Of a DNA stretch of 64,000 nt, positions 26,379 through 39,700 are shown piece by piece (position 1 is the stretch's first letter; each line of letters begins with the position of its first letter). Source of the stretch: Mobula hypostoma (Eukaryota). A program made the position numbers and the translations under genes. Location: positions 51,338,001 to 51,402,000 of the forward strand of contig NC_086097.1 in NCBI RefSeq assembly GCF_963921235.1. Direction: 5' to 3'. Under the pieces are notes generated by a model. It was given only the letters and a program-made list of their open reading frames with translations. It searched no databases and was not told where the DNA came from.

Positions 26379-27735
26379 GTCATAGTCATACTTTATTGAT
26401 CCCGGGGGAAAATGGTTTTCGTTACAGTTGCACCATAAATAATAAATAGTAATAGAATCATAAATAGTTAAATAGTAATATGTAAATTATGCCAGGAAAT
26501 TATGAAATAAGTCCAGGACCAGCCTATTGGCTCAGGGTGTCTGACCCTCCAAGGGAGGTGTTATAAAGTTTGATGGCCACAGGCAGGAATGACTTCCTAT
26601 GATGCTCTGTGCTGCATCTCGGTGGAATGAGTCTCTGGCTGAATGTACTCCTGTGCCCAACCAGTACATTATGTAGTGGATGGGAGACATTGACCAAGAT
26701 GGTATGCAACTTAGACAGCATCCTCTTTTCAGACACCACCGTCAGAGAGTCCAGTTCCATCCCCACAACATCACTGGCCTTCCGAATGAGTTTGTTGTTT
26801 CTGTTGGTGTCTGCTACCTTCAGCCTGCTGCCCCAGCACACAACAGCAAACATGATCGCACTGGCCACCACAGACTCGTAGAACATCCTCAGCATCGTCC
26901 GGCAGATGTTAAAGGACCTCAGTCTCCTCAGGAAATAGAGACGGCTCTGACCCTTCTTGTAGACAGCCTCAGTGTTCTTAGACCAGTCCAGTTTATTGTC
27001 AATTCGTATCCCCAGGTATTTGTAATCCTCCACCATGTCCACACTGACTCCCTGGATGGAAACAGGGGTCACCGGTACCTTAGCTCTCCTCAGGTCTACC
27101 ACCAGCTCCTTAGTCTTTTTCACATTAAGCTGCAGATAATTCTGCTCACACCATGTGACAAAGTTTCCTACCGTAGCCCTGTACTCAACCTCATCTCCCT
27201 TGCTGATGCATCCAACTATGGCAGAGTCATCTGAAAACTTCTGAAGATGACAAGACTCTGTGCAGTAGCTGAAGTCCGAGGTGTAAATGGTGAAGAGAAA
27301 GGGAGACAAGACAGTCCCCTGTGGAGTCCCAGTGCTGCTGATCACTCTGTCGGACACACAGTGTTGCAAGCACACGTACTGTGGTCTGCCAGTCAGGTAA
27401 TCAAGAATCCATGATACCAGGGAAGCATCCACCTGCATCGCTGTCAGCTTCTCCCCCAGCAGAAGAGGGCGGATGGTGTTGAACGCACTGGAGAAGTCAA
27501 AAAACATGACCCTCACAGTGCTCACTGGCGTGTCCAGGTGGGCGTAGACATGGTTCAGCAGGTAGACGATGGCATCCTCAACTCCTAGTCAGGGCTGGTA
27601 GGCGAACTGGAGGGGATCTAAGTGTGGCCTGACCATAGGCTGGAGCAGCTCCAGAACAAGTCTCTCCAGGGTCTTCATGATGTGGGGGGGTCAATGCCAC
27701 CGGTCTGTAGTCATTGAGGCCGCTAGGGCGCGGCA
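26379..27735 (-). mobile_element. Rex1/Babar-clade non-LTR retrotransposon, 5'-truncated, young
   Basis: ORF 26524-27525 with FFDFSSAFNTI, PQGTVLSPFLF, KFSDD; short tandem tail (TATGAC)n at the left end. Confidence 0.85.
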
Positions 27736-28674
27736 AATGCTAATACAGAACATGAAACTTGATTAAGTTCATCCTTTACTTCAAAATGAATATATTTTTT
27801 ATCAACAACCTAAGCTATATGTAGCTCATCTAAACTGTCACACATTTATCCAGTTTATGTTCAGTTTTACCAGAATTGAATATGACAAAAACAATCTCAT
27901 ATCACTCTAAATGTTGTGGATGTCCATTAAGCCCCATAAATGTACATAACCCCAACTTGAGGTTATGACATGACAGACGAGCAATGGGAGGTGTTGCACT
28001 CCAGAATCAGAGAAGGGCCCAAAATAATTTTGAATGAACTTATGTACTTTGAAATAGAGGGAAAAATGTTGACTTGCAACACCTGACCAACAACTCTGAA
28101 AGTCAATACCTGCACGAAAAAGTCAACAACTGAAAAGCAGCTTCATTGAGTTTTTTTTTAACCAGATATTTCTATAGTCACTATTGGTAGCTCTGGCAGT
28201 AATCTAGAGATCACTAATTCTAAGGTCCTGCTTAAAAGCAACTTGCAGGTGCTATACTCATTTTCTGCGTAGGTTGTCAATACTAATGTGAACTACAACC
28301 TTTGGCTGTCCAATCTCCTCCAGAACCTTTAATTCTGGTGCCAGAGAGGGAAATGGAACGACTATTGAAATATCTGCCTGCTCTAATATCCACATCATCT
28401 CCTACAACTATTGATTTTTCTCTTCCATATCACTGAGTCACCATGGAGGTATAGTCTTGTTTTGGCTGCACTCTTTTGGGAAAAGTCTTCCACCTGTACT
28501 TGGAACTAGTTAGACTGCAAGATGCCCTTGGGAATATCCTGAAATGTTTTGCTTGACAGACAGAACAGTCTCTCTCAATTGCATACAGCTGATCCGATAA
28601 ATATGATATTCATGAAAAATAATCTCAGATTTCCGAAAATTATTCCTGCACAATGACCAAAGCTCAGTTTGCCA

Positions 28675-28910
28675 GAGCGTTGAAACCTGGACGGAAACAG
28701 AACCGACATGTATGATGACGCAGAACGTCGGAGCTAGGCTAGGGCTGGTGGACGCGACAAAGCCAAACTGTGGGGCGGGTCATAATCGGCGGAACAAAGG
28801 GTGGGGCGGGGCCAGTGGCAGTAAGCAGTGGGCGGGCTGTGATCAGGGTTGGGTCTCTACAGGAGGGTATGGCTAGGAATCGGCTCATTGCCGGGAGGCA
28901 GGGCTTCCTC
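28675..28910. promoter_or_regulatory. Small CpG-rich island with three GC boxes
   Basis: GGGCGG cores near 28773, 28804 and 28830; half-CRE TGACG near 28716; CGGAA motifs near 28692 and 28790. Confidence 0.55.
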
Positions 28911-29498
28911 TGTTTAATGAGAGTGGCATTGTTTCATGTACGTATTTTGCAATCTTAATTTTGACCTCTTCTTTTGAATATGAGGTGCTGGACTGGGCAA
29001 TTGCCAGGTTAGTTTGAAGCGGGAGAGAAAACTGCGAAACGCTGAACATGGAAAGCCCTACACCGACTTCATGAACTCATGGGTACAGGAAGGGTAACCC
29101 ATCATAGGAGTTCTTCTTGGTCATTTACCCACGGTTCCAGAGGAATCTTTCCTGTAGGTCCTATTAGCCAGCTCCACTATCTATCTCAGTGTTAACCACT
29201 GATATTGGTAACCCAGCCAATTATAAAACTATAGATATATTTGCTGCACAACAGGTTGATTGACCTATTATAATCATGTTGGTCAAAAATCGAGTGTCAT
29301 TTAATCTGCTGAAAAATAAATAAAAAAAACTGCTGACTGTGAAATAAAGAGAAAACTCTGGAAATACCAATATATCAGACATTATGTATGGAAAGAGAAA
29401 CAGAATTATTGTTTCATGTCAGAGACCTTTTTTCAAAAGTGATTCATCTCATTTTCAAGCTCTTGCTCCAAAACCCTGCAAAGCAGGTTTCTGTTTAG

Positions 29499-30375
29499 TC
29501 AAGTCATAGTCATACTTTATTGATCCCAGGGGGAGATTGGTTTTCGTTACAGTTGCACCATAAATAATAAATAGTAATAGAACCATAAATAGTTAAATAG
29601 TAATATGTAAATTATGCCAGTAAATTGTGAAATAAGTCTAGGACCAGCCTATTGGCACGGGGTGGCTGACCCCCAAGGGAGGAGTTGTAAAGTTTGATGG
29701 CCACAGGCAGGAATGACTTCCTATGACACTCTGTGCTGCATCTTGGAGGAATGGGTCTCTGCCTGAATGTACTCCTGTGCCCACCCAGTACATTATGTAG
29801 TGGATGGGAGACATTGACCAAGATGGCATGCAACTTAGACAGCATCCTCTTTTCAGACACCACGGTGAGAGAGTCCAGTTCCATCCCCACAACATCACTG
29901 GCCTTACGAATGAGTTTGTTGATTCTGTTGGTGTCTGTTACCCTCAGCCTGCTGCCCCAGCACACAACAGCAAACATGATAGCACTGGCCACCACAGACT
30001 CATAGGACATCCTCAGCATTGTCCGGCAGATGTTAAAGGACCTCAGTCTCCTCAGGAAATAGAGACGGCTCTGACCGTTCTTGTAGATAGCCTCAGTGTT
30101 CTTAGACCAGTCCAGTTTATTGTCAATTCGTATCCCCAGGTATTTGTAATCCTCCACCATGTCCACACTGACCCCCTGGATGGAAACAGGGGTCACTGGT
30201 ACCTTAGCTCTCCTCAGATCTACCACCAGCTCCTTAGTCTTTTTCACATTAAGCTGCAGATAATTCTGCTCACACCATGTGACAAAGTTTCCTACCGTAG
30301 CCCTGTACTCAACTTCATCTCCCTTGCTGATGAATCCAACTATGGCAGAGTCATCCGAAAACTTCTGAAGATGAC
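29499..30375 (-). mobile_element. Second, shorter copy of the same Rex1/Babar-clade element
   Basis: Near-identical to 26379-27250 including 3' UTR and tail; truncated just upstream of HLQKFSDD. Confidence 0.85.
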
Positions 30376-30538
30376 TTGTTGACTGCAAAATTTTATGCTC
30401 AATTGCCTTGTAAAAATTCTTTATTATGGCATGTAATTTTAAAATAAATTTTATATTTACCATTGTGGCAAGGCCAGCATTTATTTCTTATTCTATAATG
30501 CCTATTTAAAAAAATACAGCAAGTTGTTGTGTTGAACT

Positions 30539-31770
30539 GGAGACAGACTGTCCACTGATATCTTCTACAAGCCCACTGACTCTCATAACTACCTTGACTA
30601 TAACTCTTCCCACCCTCCCACATGCAAAAATGCCATTCCCTATTCCCAGTTCCTCCGTCTCCGCTGCATCTGCTCCAAGGATGAGGCTTTCCGTTCCAGG
30701 ACATCTCAAATGTCCTCTTTCTTTAAGGATCATGGTTTCCCTTCTACCGTCATCAATGATGCCCTCACCCGCATCTCCTCCATTTCCTGCACTTCGGCCC
30801 TCACCCCATCCTCCCACAACCACAACAGGGACAGTGTTCCCCCTGTCCTTACCTACCACCCCACCAGCCTCCGGATCCAGCACATTATCCTCCGCAACTT
30901 CCGCCACCTTCAACAGGACCCCACCACTAAGCACATTTTTCCCTCTTCACCCCTCTCTGCTTCCCGCAGGGATCGGTCCCTCCACGACTCCCTTATCCAC
31001 ACGTCCATCCCCACTGATCTCCCACCCGGCACTTATCCCTGTAAGCGTAAGTGCTACACCTGTCCCTACACCTCATCTCTTGCAACCATTCAGGGCCCCA
31101 AACAGTCCTTCCAGGTGAGACAACACTTCATTTGTGAGTCTGTTGGGGTCATCTGTTGCATCCGGTGCTCCCCTGCAGCCTCCTCTACATCAGTGAAACC
31201 CGACGCAGATTGGGGAACCGCTTCGTCGAGCACCTCCACTCCATCCACCGCAACAGACAGGATCTCCCGGTAGCCACCCACTTCAACTCTGCTTCCCATT
31301 CCAATTCAGATATGTCCATACATGGCCTGCTCTACTACCGTGATGGGGCTAAACTCAGATTGGAGGAGCAACACCTCATATACCGTCTAGGTAGTCTCCA
31401 GCCTCTTGGTATGAACATAGAATTCTCCAACTTCCAGTAATTCCCTCCCCCTCCCTTCCTCTATCCCTATTTCACTCTACCCCCTCCCCCAGCTCCCTCA
31501 TGGTTCCGCCTCCTTCTTCTACTACCCATTGTTTTCAGGGCTATGATGTCAATGCTTCCCCTCCCTCAACCCTTTGTCTTTCAAATTACTGGTCTTTCAA
31601 CTGAAGCTACAAGCATTCTTCAAATCCTTCCCCATCTTTCATTCTTCAGTCCTGATGAAGGGTTCCAGCCCGAAACATTGACTCATCGTTTCTGACTGAT
31701 GCTGCCCAACCTGCTGAGTTCATCCAGCGTACTGAAAGAGTTGCTTTGATCACAGCACCTGCAGGTTATT
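30539..31770 (+). mobile_element. Penelope-like element, 5'-truncated (RT end + GIY-YIG endonuclease + 3' region)
   Basis: LSTDIFYKPTDSH (RT), CKRKCYTC, ICCIRCS/LLYISETRRRLGNRFVEHL (GIY-YIG like), LGSLQPLGMN; 12-bp TSD TTGTGTTGAACT at 30527-30538 and 31771-31782. Confidence 0.88.
31648..31683 (+). ncRNA. Hammerhead-like motif, partly decayed
   Basis: AGUC-CUGAUGA-AGGGUUCCAGCCC-GAAAC-AUU-GACU in the 3' region of the PLE. Confidence 0.5.
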
Positions 31771-32449
31771 TTGTGTTGAACTATGAAAATGTTGTGGATT
31801 TAATTTGGATTGCAGTTCTGAACAATGGGTTCCTAAAAGCAGTGAATCCCAGTCCAGACAATGCTGATTAAAATTCATTTGGATGTCTGTGGTGTAGATG
31901 TGAATCAGAAGGCGTGAAGATTGCATGTGGTTTCAAAGAAAGTATTGTCCATACATTGTAAATATAGAGTTGCCCTTTGATGTTTGGCACATAAAATATC
32001 GAGCCCCATGTTGGGCCAGTGAGACCTTTTGACCAAAAGCATCTTCATATGATGCTTACCCTGTTATGTCAAATAAAGAAGCTGCTTTGTATCTACCAGT
32101 AATTTTTCCTGGTGAATTCATTCATGCAACAACACTGTATTTAATTGCCACTGACAATGAAGAAATTGATATATATCTAGGTGATGATGATGCGTGCTTT
32201 GCAGGAGAAAGTGCAATAGATGTGACCAAACTACCGATTCCATGCTTTTATTTTGGTGGTGGAAGCTGTGGGTTTGGGAGGTGTTCTCAAGTCACTGCAG
32301 TTAATTTTGTAGCTGGTACTGATTGCAGGCATGGTATTCTAATGGTAGAGGGAGTGAATAGTTTAGATCGTGGATGGACTGCTTTGTCTGGGATGTTGTT
32401 CTGTTGGAGCTGTACTTACCCAGAGAAATGTAGATGACTCTATTGTCAA

Positions 32450-32750
32450 GTCGAGTCGCTTTTTATTGTCAATTTGACGTAAAATGCTGGTACAGTACAC
32501 AGTAAAAACGAAACAACGTTCCTCCAGGACCATGGTGCTACATGAAACAACACAAAACTACACTAGACTAAGTGAGACAGCACAAGGCTACACTAGACTA
32601 CGTAAAACAACACAAAAACTACACTAGACTACAGACCTACAAAGGACTACATAAAGTGCACAAAACAGTGCAGGGCAGTACGATAAATAATAAACAAGAC
32701 AATAGGCCCAGTAGAGGACAAATTAAAATATAATAATAAATGATGTAGAT
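32450..32750 (-). repeat. Non-LTR 3' tail fragment with a ~30-bp tandem repeat
   Basis: CTACACTAGACTA-containing unit repeated 3 times at 32545-32635, beside a GTCAAGTCGAGTC...TTTATT tail motif. Confidence 0.55.
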
Positions 32751-34554
32751 CATAGGTGTTATACATCAATTTGAATAATAAATGATGCATTCTTGATTTG
32801 CGCTTTGTGAATGGTGGAAAGGCTTTGGGAAATTGGAAGGTGTCACTCACTGCTGGTTACATAGCCCTGATCTCATCTTTTGAAAAAAGATCTCAAACGT
32901 AACATCTGTAACCAGATGAATGTTGAATATAATTTTTTATTGTTAAAGTGTACTTAGGTATTCACCCTGGTAATGCTAAAACAGCTGCCTGTGCATTTAA
33001 GAGAAAATGATGATGTAAATTTTGCACGGGTGGAGTAGAAAGAAGAATTGCAAGGTTCAAGAAAGGACATCAAATGCTGGTTGTATGGTGAGGAAAGATT
33101 TTCGCGAGTAGGGTAACGGCGCTAGTTAGTGTGGTTGTGCGAAGTCCCTTACCGGCTTAGTAGGTTAGTCTCTTGTAATTTAGGCTCCAAGGCAATATAT
33201 TGTAAAAGTTTATTTTTGTCTTTATTGTTTCATGACCGAATGTGAATGTGTTAATCTGTTTACGTAGCATGAGCGAGAAGAACTTGTTTCAGGGTCTAGC
33301 TATATGTGTTTGGAAGTTGAGCATATGTGTGCCAAACTGAGTGTAACTTTCAGTTAAATGAGATGTATTTATTCATTTTTTATGTGTATGAAGTATGGGG
33401 TTGGTGGGATACTAATGTTGTTTGTATTTTTTTAGAATTGCCACCGATGTATTGCTTTTGTATATTTTGCTTTATTTATTTTCATACTGCATATGTAACA
33501 GGGATGTGGACTAAAATTAAGCTGAAATTGTAACAGCAGGAACTGTGTTTTTTTAAAATCCATTTTGTCATTTTTAATTTGATACCCTCTTTCTGCATTA
33601 AACCACCTAAATAAATTAAAGACCCGAAAAAGTATTTGTTGTCCTGCATGTGCATTTTTCCCGAGGCTACAAAACACCTATTAACATTTCTTTTATACCT
33701 AGTTGGATTTTCATAAAGTTTATACAGTAAGTATGAAATGTTTGATGTACAGAGACTTGAATCACCAGAACACAAGTCATCCAAAATATGTAGTGAGCAG
33801 AGGGAACATTTTGAGTTGTCTAACAAATGAACAAGGTTCTGGAGATTGCAATTTAACACTGGCATTGATAGTAGTTTGTGCAATTTAAGAAGTTTTAGTT
33901 GTTATACATCAATTTAAATATATTAAACAGTCCTGTTGAGTCATAGAACACCACAGCAGAAACAGGTCCTTCATCTCATCTAGTCTATGTCAAACTATTA
34001 TTCTGCCTATAGTCCCATTGATCTATACCCAGACCATAGATTTCCATAGCCCGCCCATCCATGTACCTATCCAAATTTCTCTTAAATGTTGAAATCGAAC
34101 TCACACACACCACTTCTGCTGGCACCTCATTCCCCACACTCATCACCCTCTGAGTGAAGATGTTGCCACTAATATTCCCCTTAAACATTTCACTTTATAC
34201 CCTTAACCCATGACCTCTAGTTCTAGTCTCACTCAACCTCAGTGGAAAAAGCTTGTATACACTTACCCTAACTTTAACTTCATAATTTTATATACCTCTA
34301 TCAAATCTCCCCTCATGAAGTCCAGAACGCTTCAACCTTTCCCTAAAACTCAGGTCCTCAAGTCCTGGCAACAACCTTGTAAATTTTCTATCCACTCTTT
34401 CAGTCTTATGACATCTTTCCTGTAGGTACCGCAGATAATACTGCATATAGATATTTGCAGCACAACAGGTCATTGACCTTATGATCATGCTGGTCAAAAA
34501 TGGACAGTGTTTAATCCTGAAAAATAAATTTTAAAAAACTCCTGACTGTGAGAT

Positions 34555-35070
34555 AAGGAAAAAATTAATCAAATTTGCAGATTTATTAGGTAAAGTCCGT
34601 AAAGGAGCCGAACGGTCCAAAGCTGGAGATAAACAGGTATTAAGATCTCCGCCCCAAATCAATGAAAACTCGTTCAAATTCGGAAACTGATCAAACAATG
34701 ATTTATAAAATTCCGGACAATCCATATTAGGAGCATAAACATTAACCAAAACTACTTTTTTATTAAATAATAAACCACTAACCAATAAAAATCTACCATT
34801 CGGATCAGAGATAATATCCTGTTGTATAAAAGTAACTGAGGAGTCTATAAAAATAGAGACGCCTCGAATCTTAGCATTGGAGTTCGAATGAAATTGTTGT
34901 CCCTTCCAAAATTTGAAAAAACGTAGTCTGTCCCCCCTCCGTACATGGGTCTCTTGTAAAAATAAAATTTGTGCTTTAAGTCTCCGGAACACTTTAAAAA
35001 CTTTTTTCCTTTTAATAGGATGATTAAGACCATTAGTATTCCAGGAGACAAAATAAATAATAGACTCCAT
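34555..35070 (-). CDS. L1 ORF2 N-terminal part (APE endonuclease, first ~172 aa), cut by the inversion
   Basis: MESIIYFVSWNTNGLNHPIKR...FLQETH...NVYAPN...GGDLN; ends KSANLINFFL, the same peptide that begins the plus-strand part. Confidence 0.9.
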
Positions 35071-35791
35071 AAATCCTAAAGTCAACCCATAACAAGGAGG
35101 ATTGACAATAGGCGCGACCCACAGACCCGGAGAGGAAACAGAACATACAAAAGATACCGGGGAAAAGGACGTAACCAATACTTCAATAATGTATATAGCC
35201 CAAAGAGAAACAAACTAAAACGTGAAGCCCCTCCCACCACCCCCCACCCCAGGACCCCAAGGCGAAATCTAAAGCAGACCCGCCAGAAAGAAGCAAGCGC
35301 TAAAACTACCCCCATGACTTCCGGTATACGCTCCCTAAAAAAAAGGTATAAATATGAAAAGGATCAGCTAATTGTAAAACAGTAAAAAAAATAAGTAAAA
35401 AAAAGTTAGCTCAATTAAAATACACACAGAACAGAACAAAAGCCGGAAAGTATATATTAAAAAAAAACCACAATAAACCTCAAACTCATGAATAGACACA
35501 GCAACAAAAAAAATAGGATTATTAACATAAAATGATTATAAAAAGCAAAACAGAATAAAATTTAAAAAAAACTACAAAATTTAAGGCCGCACAGGAAATA
35601 CGTAAGATGACAAAAGGGAAGTAACCACCCAGAATCCCCTGGGAAAAGAAAGAAATGACGCAGTTAAAAAGAAAGTTTAGCAGCCATATTAAGAAATCAA
35701 AAGTAAACTTTTCTGCCCAAATAGGGCACAGAAAAGTTAAAACCAACCAATTCACAGCCTCCGATCAACGGAGAAAATTAAAAAAAGGCAA

Positions 35792-36691
35792 TTAAGATGT
35801 TGAAGATGAAAGTTGATCCAGATAACTCTGGGCATCCGATGGAGAATCAAAAAAACGAAGAGCTCCATCTAACATGCGAATCCTTAGACGTGCAGGGTAC
35901 AGCAGCGCTGGTCTTAAATCCATCTTATAGAATTCCGACATCACGGATCTGTAACGGACCCGTTGGTCCCAGATTGGTTTACTGAAATCTTCCACGAATC
36001 GGAACTTAAGATCCGAAAAATCAATGAAACCTTTAGATCGAGCGAATCGAAACAGTCTCTCCTTGTCTTGAAAGTAATGAAAACGTAAAATAACATGCCT
36101 AGGTCTATCTGACCTAGACGAGTATGATGGGATTCTGTGAACACGATCCAGTAGCGGTGGTTGGTCAGGAAATACAGTAGGGAATGCATCTTTTAAAAGT
36201 TGGGAGAAATATTTCATAGGGTTGTTAGCTTCCACGGCTTCCCTGACGCCAATCATTCGTAAATTCTGCCGTCGCATTCTAGATTCCAAGTCAGAGTTTT
36301 TAAAAGTCAAAAAGTCAAGTTTCTTCTTCATTACATTAATTGTTTCTTCGACTTTCCCCATCTTAAGCTCACTTTGTTGCGCGGATTTTTGAAGACCAGA
36401 TATAGCCGACTGATGTTCCGCAATACATGTTTGCATCTTATCAATTAAGTCGGCAATTTTCTGGAACTTAGTTGAGATTTCCATATGAATCAGGTCTTTA
36501 ACAGAGCCCATAATTTCTGTACGAATCATCTCCCTAACAGAGGTTGAAATTTCCCTCTGAATTAACTCCGATATAGCTTCCAAAGTCACCGGTGATTCAG
36601 TCGGAGGGAGATCCGTAGCTTTCGGTTTAACCGGAGGTTTACCATCCTTGCCGTCTTTCCCGTTCTTAGACATAGCCGATCTCAGTATCAT
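35792..36691 (-). CDS. L1 ORF1p (coiled coil + RRM + CTD, transposase_22-like), uninterrupted
   Basis: Motifs DLESRMRRQNLRMIGVRE, LDRVHRI, PRHVILRFHYFQDKE and LLYPARLRI are typical of vertebrate L1 ORF1. Confidence 0.9.
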   Translation of the reverse strand: MILRSAMSKNGKDGKDGKPPVKPKATDLPPTESPVTLEAISELIQREISTSVREMIRTEIMGSVKDLIHMEISTKFQKIADLIDKMQTCIAEHQSAISGLQKSAQQSELKMGKVEETINVMKKKLDFLTFKNSDLESRMRRQNLRMIGVREAVEANNPMKYFSQLLKDAFPTVFPDQPPLLDRVHRIPSYSSRSDRPRHVILRFHYFQDKERLFRFARSKGFIDFSDLKFRFVEDFSKPIWDQRVRYRSVMSEFYKMDLRPALLYPARLRIRMLDGALRFFDSPSDAQSYLDQLSSSTS

Positions 36692-36794
36692 CCAATTGTC
36701 AGAGAATTCAGTTTAATTCAAAGTATTGTAAAAATTGATGCCTTAATAGTTAATTAAAGTATAGCTGACCATAGAGAGAAAAAACTCAGAGGTA

Positions 36795-39700
36795 ATGGAG
36801 CGAGTCAAAAATTTAATTAAATCTGCAAATTTGATTAATTTTTTCCTTTCTGATTCTGGGTCGACGGACATTTGGCGTTTTCTGCATCCTCAGGAAAAAG
36901 ATTTTTCCTTCTTTTCACATGTTCATCATTCCTATTCAAGAATTGATTATTTTTTCATTGATTCTCGTCTCATTCCTTCAGTGATTAAATGTGATTATGA
37001 TTCTATAACCATTTCGGATCATGCTCCACTTAAGCTTTCTATTAAAATTATGGCCAATATACCAAACAATAGACAATGGCGTTTTAATTCGCTGTTGCTT
37101 CAGGACTCGGACTTTGTTAATTTTATGAATGAACAGATTGAGCTTTTTTTTACAATTAACCATACAGAAGATATTTCGGTTAACACTCTTTGGGACACTT
37201 TTAAAGCCTATATTCGGGGTCAGATTATTTCGTATTCCGTTGCTTTGAGGAAGAAACAGAAGCAGGAGGAGATGGTAATTGTGGACAAGATTAAAGAAAT
37301 TGATAAGAAATATGTTATGGCTCCTTCTGAGGAGCTATACAAACAAAGAACTGAACTTCAAATGGAACACAGTTTACTACTCTCGTCCTCGATTGTAAAC
37401 CAATTAAAGAAAACAAGAAGTGATTTTTATGTTCACAGTGATAAAATTGGCAAGCTGCTGGCTAATCAATTGAAATCTAATTATGTTAAATCTCAAATCA
37501 ATCAGATTTATAACCAAAATGATCGATTGATATTGGATCATGTGGGGATTAATCAAACCTTTTGTGATTTTTATTCTTCTTTATACCAATCAGAGTCTCC
37601 TCGAGATTCTAAATATATGAATGATTTTTTAGATAAGTTAGACTTCCCTCTGATTTCACAGGATATGTCTTCTTTATTAGATACTTCCATTACAATGGAT
37701 GAGATTAAGAATGTTATTTTTTCTATGAATCTGGGGAAAGCTCCTGGCCCTGATGGGTTTACCGTTGAATTTTATAAATGTTTTGCTTCTTTATTGATTC
37801 CTTGGCTCTATAAGGTTTTTGAGGCTTCTTTGAAACTTGGTAAACTTCCGGAATCTTTTAATAGAGCATCAATTTCTTTAATACTAAAGAAGGATAAAGA
37901 CCCTGCTCAATGTGCATCTTATAGACCAATATCTTTATTAAATGTTGATTCTAAAGTTTTTTCTAAGTTATTAGCAAATAGACTAGAAAAAGTACTTCCT
38001 TCTATTATTTCGGAAGACCAAACGGGTTTTATTAAAGGTCGTTACTCTTTTTATAATATTCGTACATTGTTAAATATCGTTTATACTCCCTCACAAAATG
38101 TTCCTGAGTGTGTTATTTCTTTAGATGCCGAGAAAACTTTTGATAGAGTAGAATGGCCTTATTTATTTAAGGTGCTTGAAATGTTTAATTTTAGCTTGAA
38201 ATTTATATCCTGGATTAAACTGTTATATTACTCCCCTGTAGCCTCGGTTCGTACTAACTCCTTAAACTCACCTTTTTTTCCTCTCTTTCGTGGTACTCGA
38301 CAAGGCTGTCCTCTTAGTCCCCTATTATTTGATATTGCATTAGAACCTCTTGCAATTGCTATTCGAGAATCTTTAAATATTACTGGGATAACTCGGGGAT
38401 TAAAGTCCCATAAATTATCACTCTATGCTGATGATTTACTTTTATATATTTCTAATCCTGAGAGATCCATTCCTGCTGTTTTAGAGTTATTAGCACAATT
38501 TGGTCTTTTCTCAGGTTATAAATTAAATCTTAGTAAGAGTGAACTTTTTCCGATTAATAAACATCTTCCCTTATATTATAAATTTCCATTTAAATTGATT
38601 AATAATTACTTTTCATATCTTGGGATTAAAATTACTTGTAAACATAAAGATTTATTTAAGACTAACTTTTTACCATTAATAGACCATATTACTCAACTTT
38701 CATCTAAATGGTTTCCCTTATATTTAACTTTGATTGGTCGTATTAATGCAGTTAAGATGTTTTTTTTGCCAAAATTTTTATATGTGTTTCAGGCATTACC
38801 AATTTTCATTCCTAAATCTTTTTTTGATAAAGTTGACTCTAAAATTTCTTCATTTATTTGGCAGAACAAGAATCCGAGACTGGGTAAAATACATTTACAG
38901 AAAGCTAAGAGAGATGGAGGTTTAGCATTACCTAACTTTAGATTTTATTATTGGGCTATTAATATTCGACATATGAAATTTTGGTTACTTGACCGGGATA
39001 TACTATTTATTCCTAAATGGGTAGCATTGGAATTACAATCTGTTCAGGGTTATACACTTGGTTCTATTTTAGGTTCCTCTCTTCCTTTTGATTCGAAACG
39101 TCTTAAGCAGGTCTCTAACCCGATAGTTAAATATGCTTTGCGCATTTGGTTTCAATTCAGAAAATTTTTTGATCTTAATCAATTCGGGTTAGCGATTCCT
39201 ATTTTAGGTAACATATTTTTTCCTCCCTCTTTTACGGATCGCGCTTTTCAAACTTGGAAGACTAAGGGTATTTTACGGTTTTTGGATTTATTTTTAGATG
39301 GTTCCCTTATGTCTTTTGAACAATTATCTAATAAATATAACTTATCAAGAATACATTTTTTTAGATATTTACAAGTTAGAAATTTCCTAAGTACTATACT
39401 TACTTCCTTTCCAATGCTTCCTCCTATATATATTTTAGATTCGATAATTAACCTTAATCCATGTCAGAAAGGTGCATCGGCTATGATTTATAATATTATT
39501 ATGAAACTTAGGAAAGCTCCATTTGATAAGATTAGGGTAGATTGGGAACAGGAATTGGGGCTTACCATTTCTGTGGATGATTGGGGGCAGATTTTACAAT
39601 TAGTTAATACTTCCTCTATTTGTGCTAAACATTCCCTAATTCAATTTAAAGTGGTTCATAGAGCACATATGTCCAAAGATAAGTTAGCGCGTTTTTACTC

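Noticed and set aside
26609..30382. Plus-strand ORFs of 184-192 aa and 90 aa occurring twice
   Set aside because: Antisense shadows of the two Rex1-like RT copies.
32066..32437. 123-aa ORF as a host gene
   Set aside because: No recognisable domain, splice context or codon signal; probably decayed repeat or chance.
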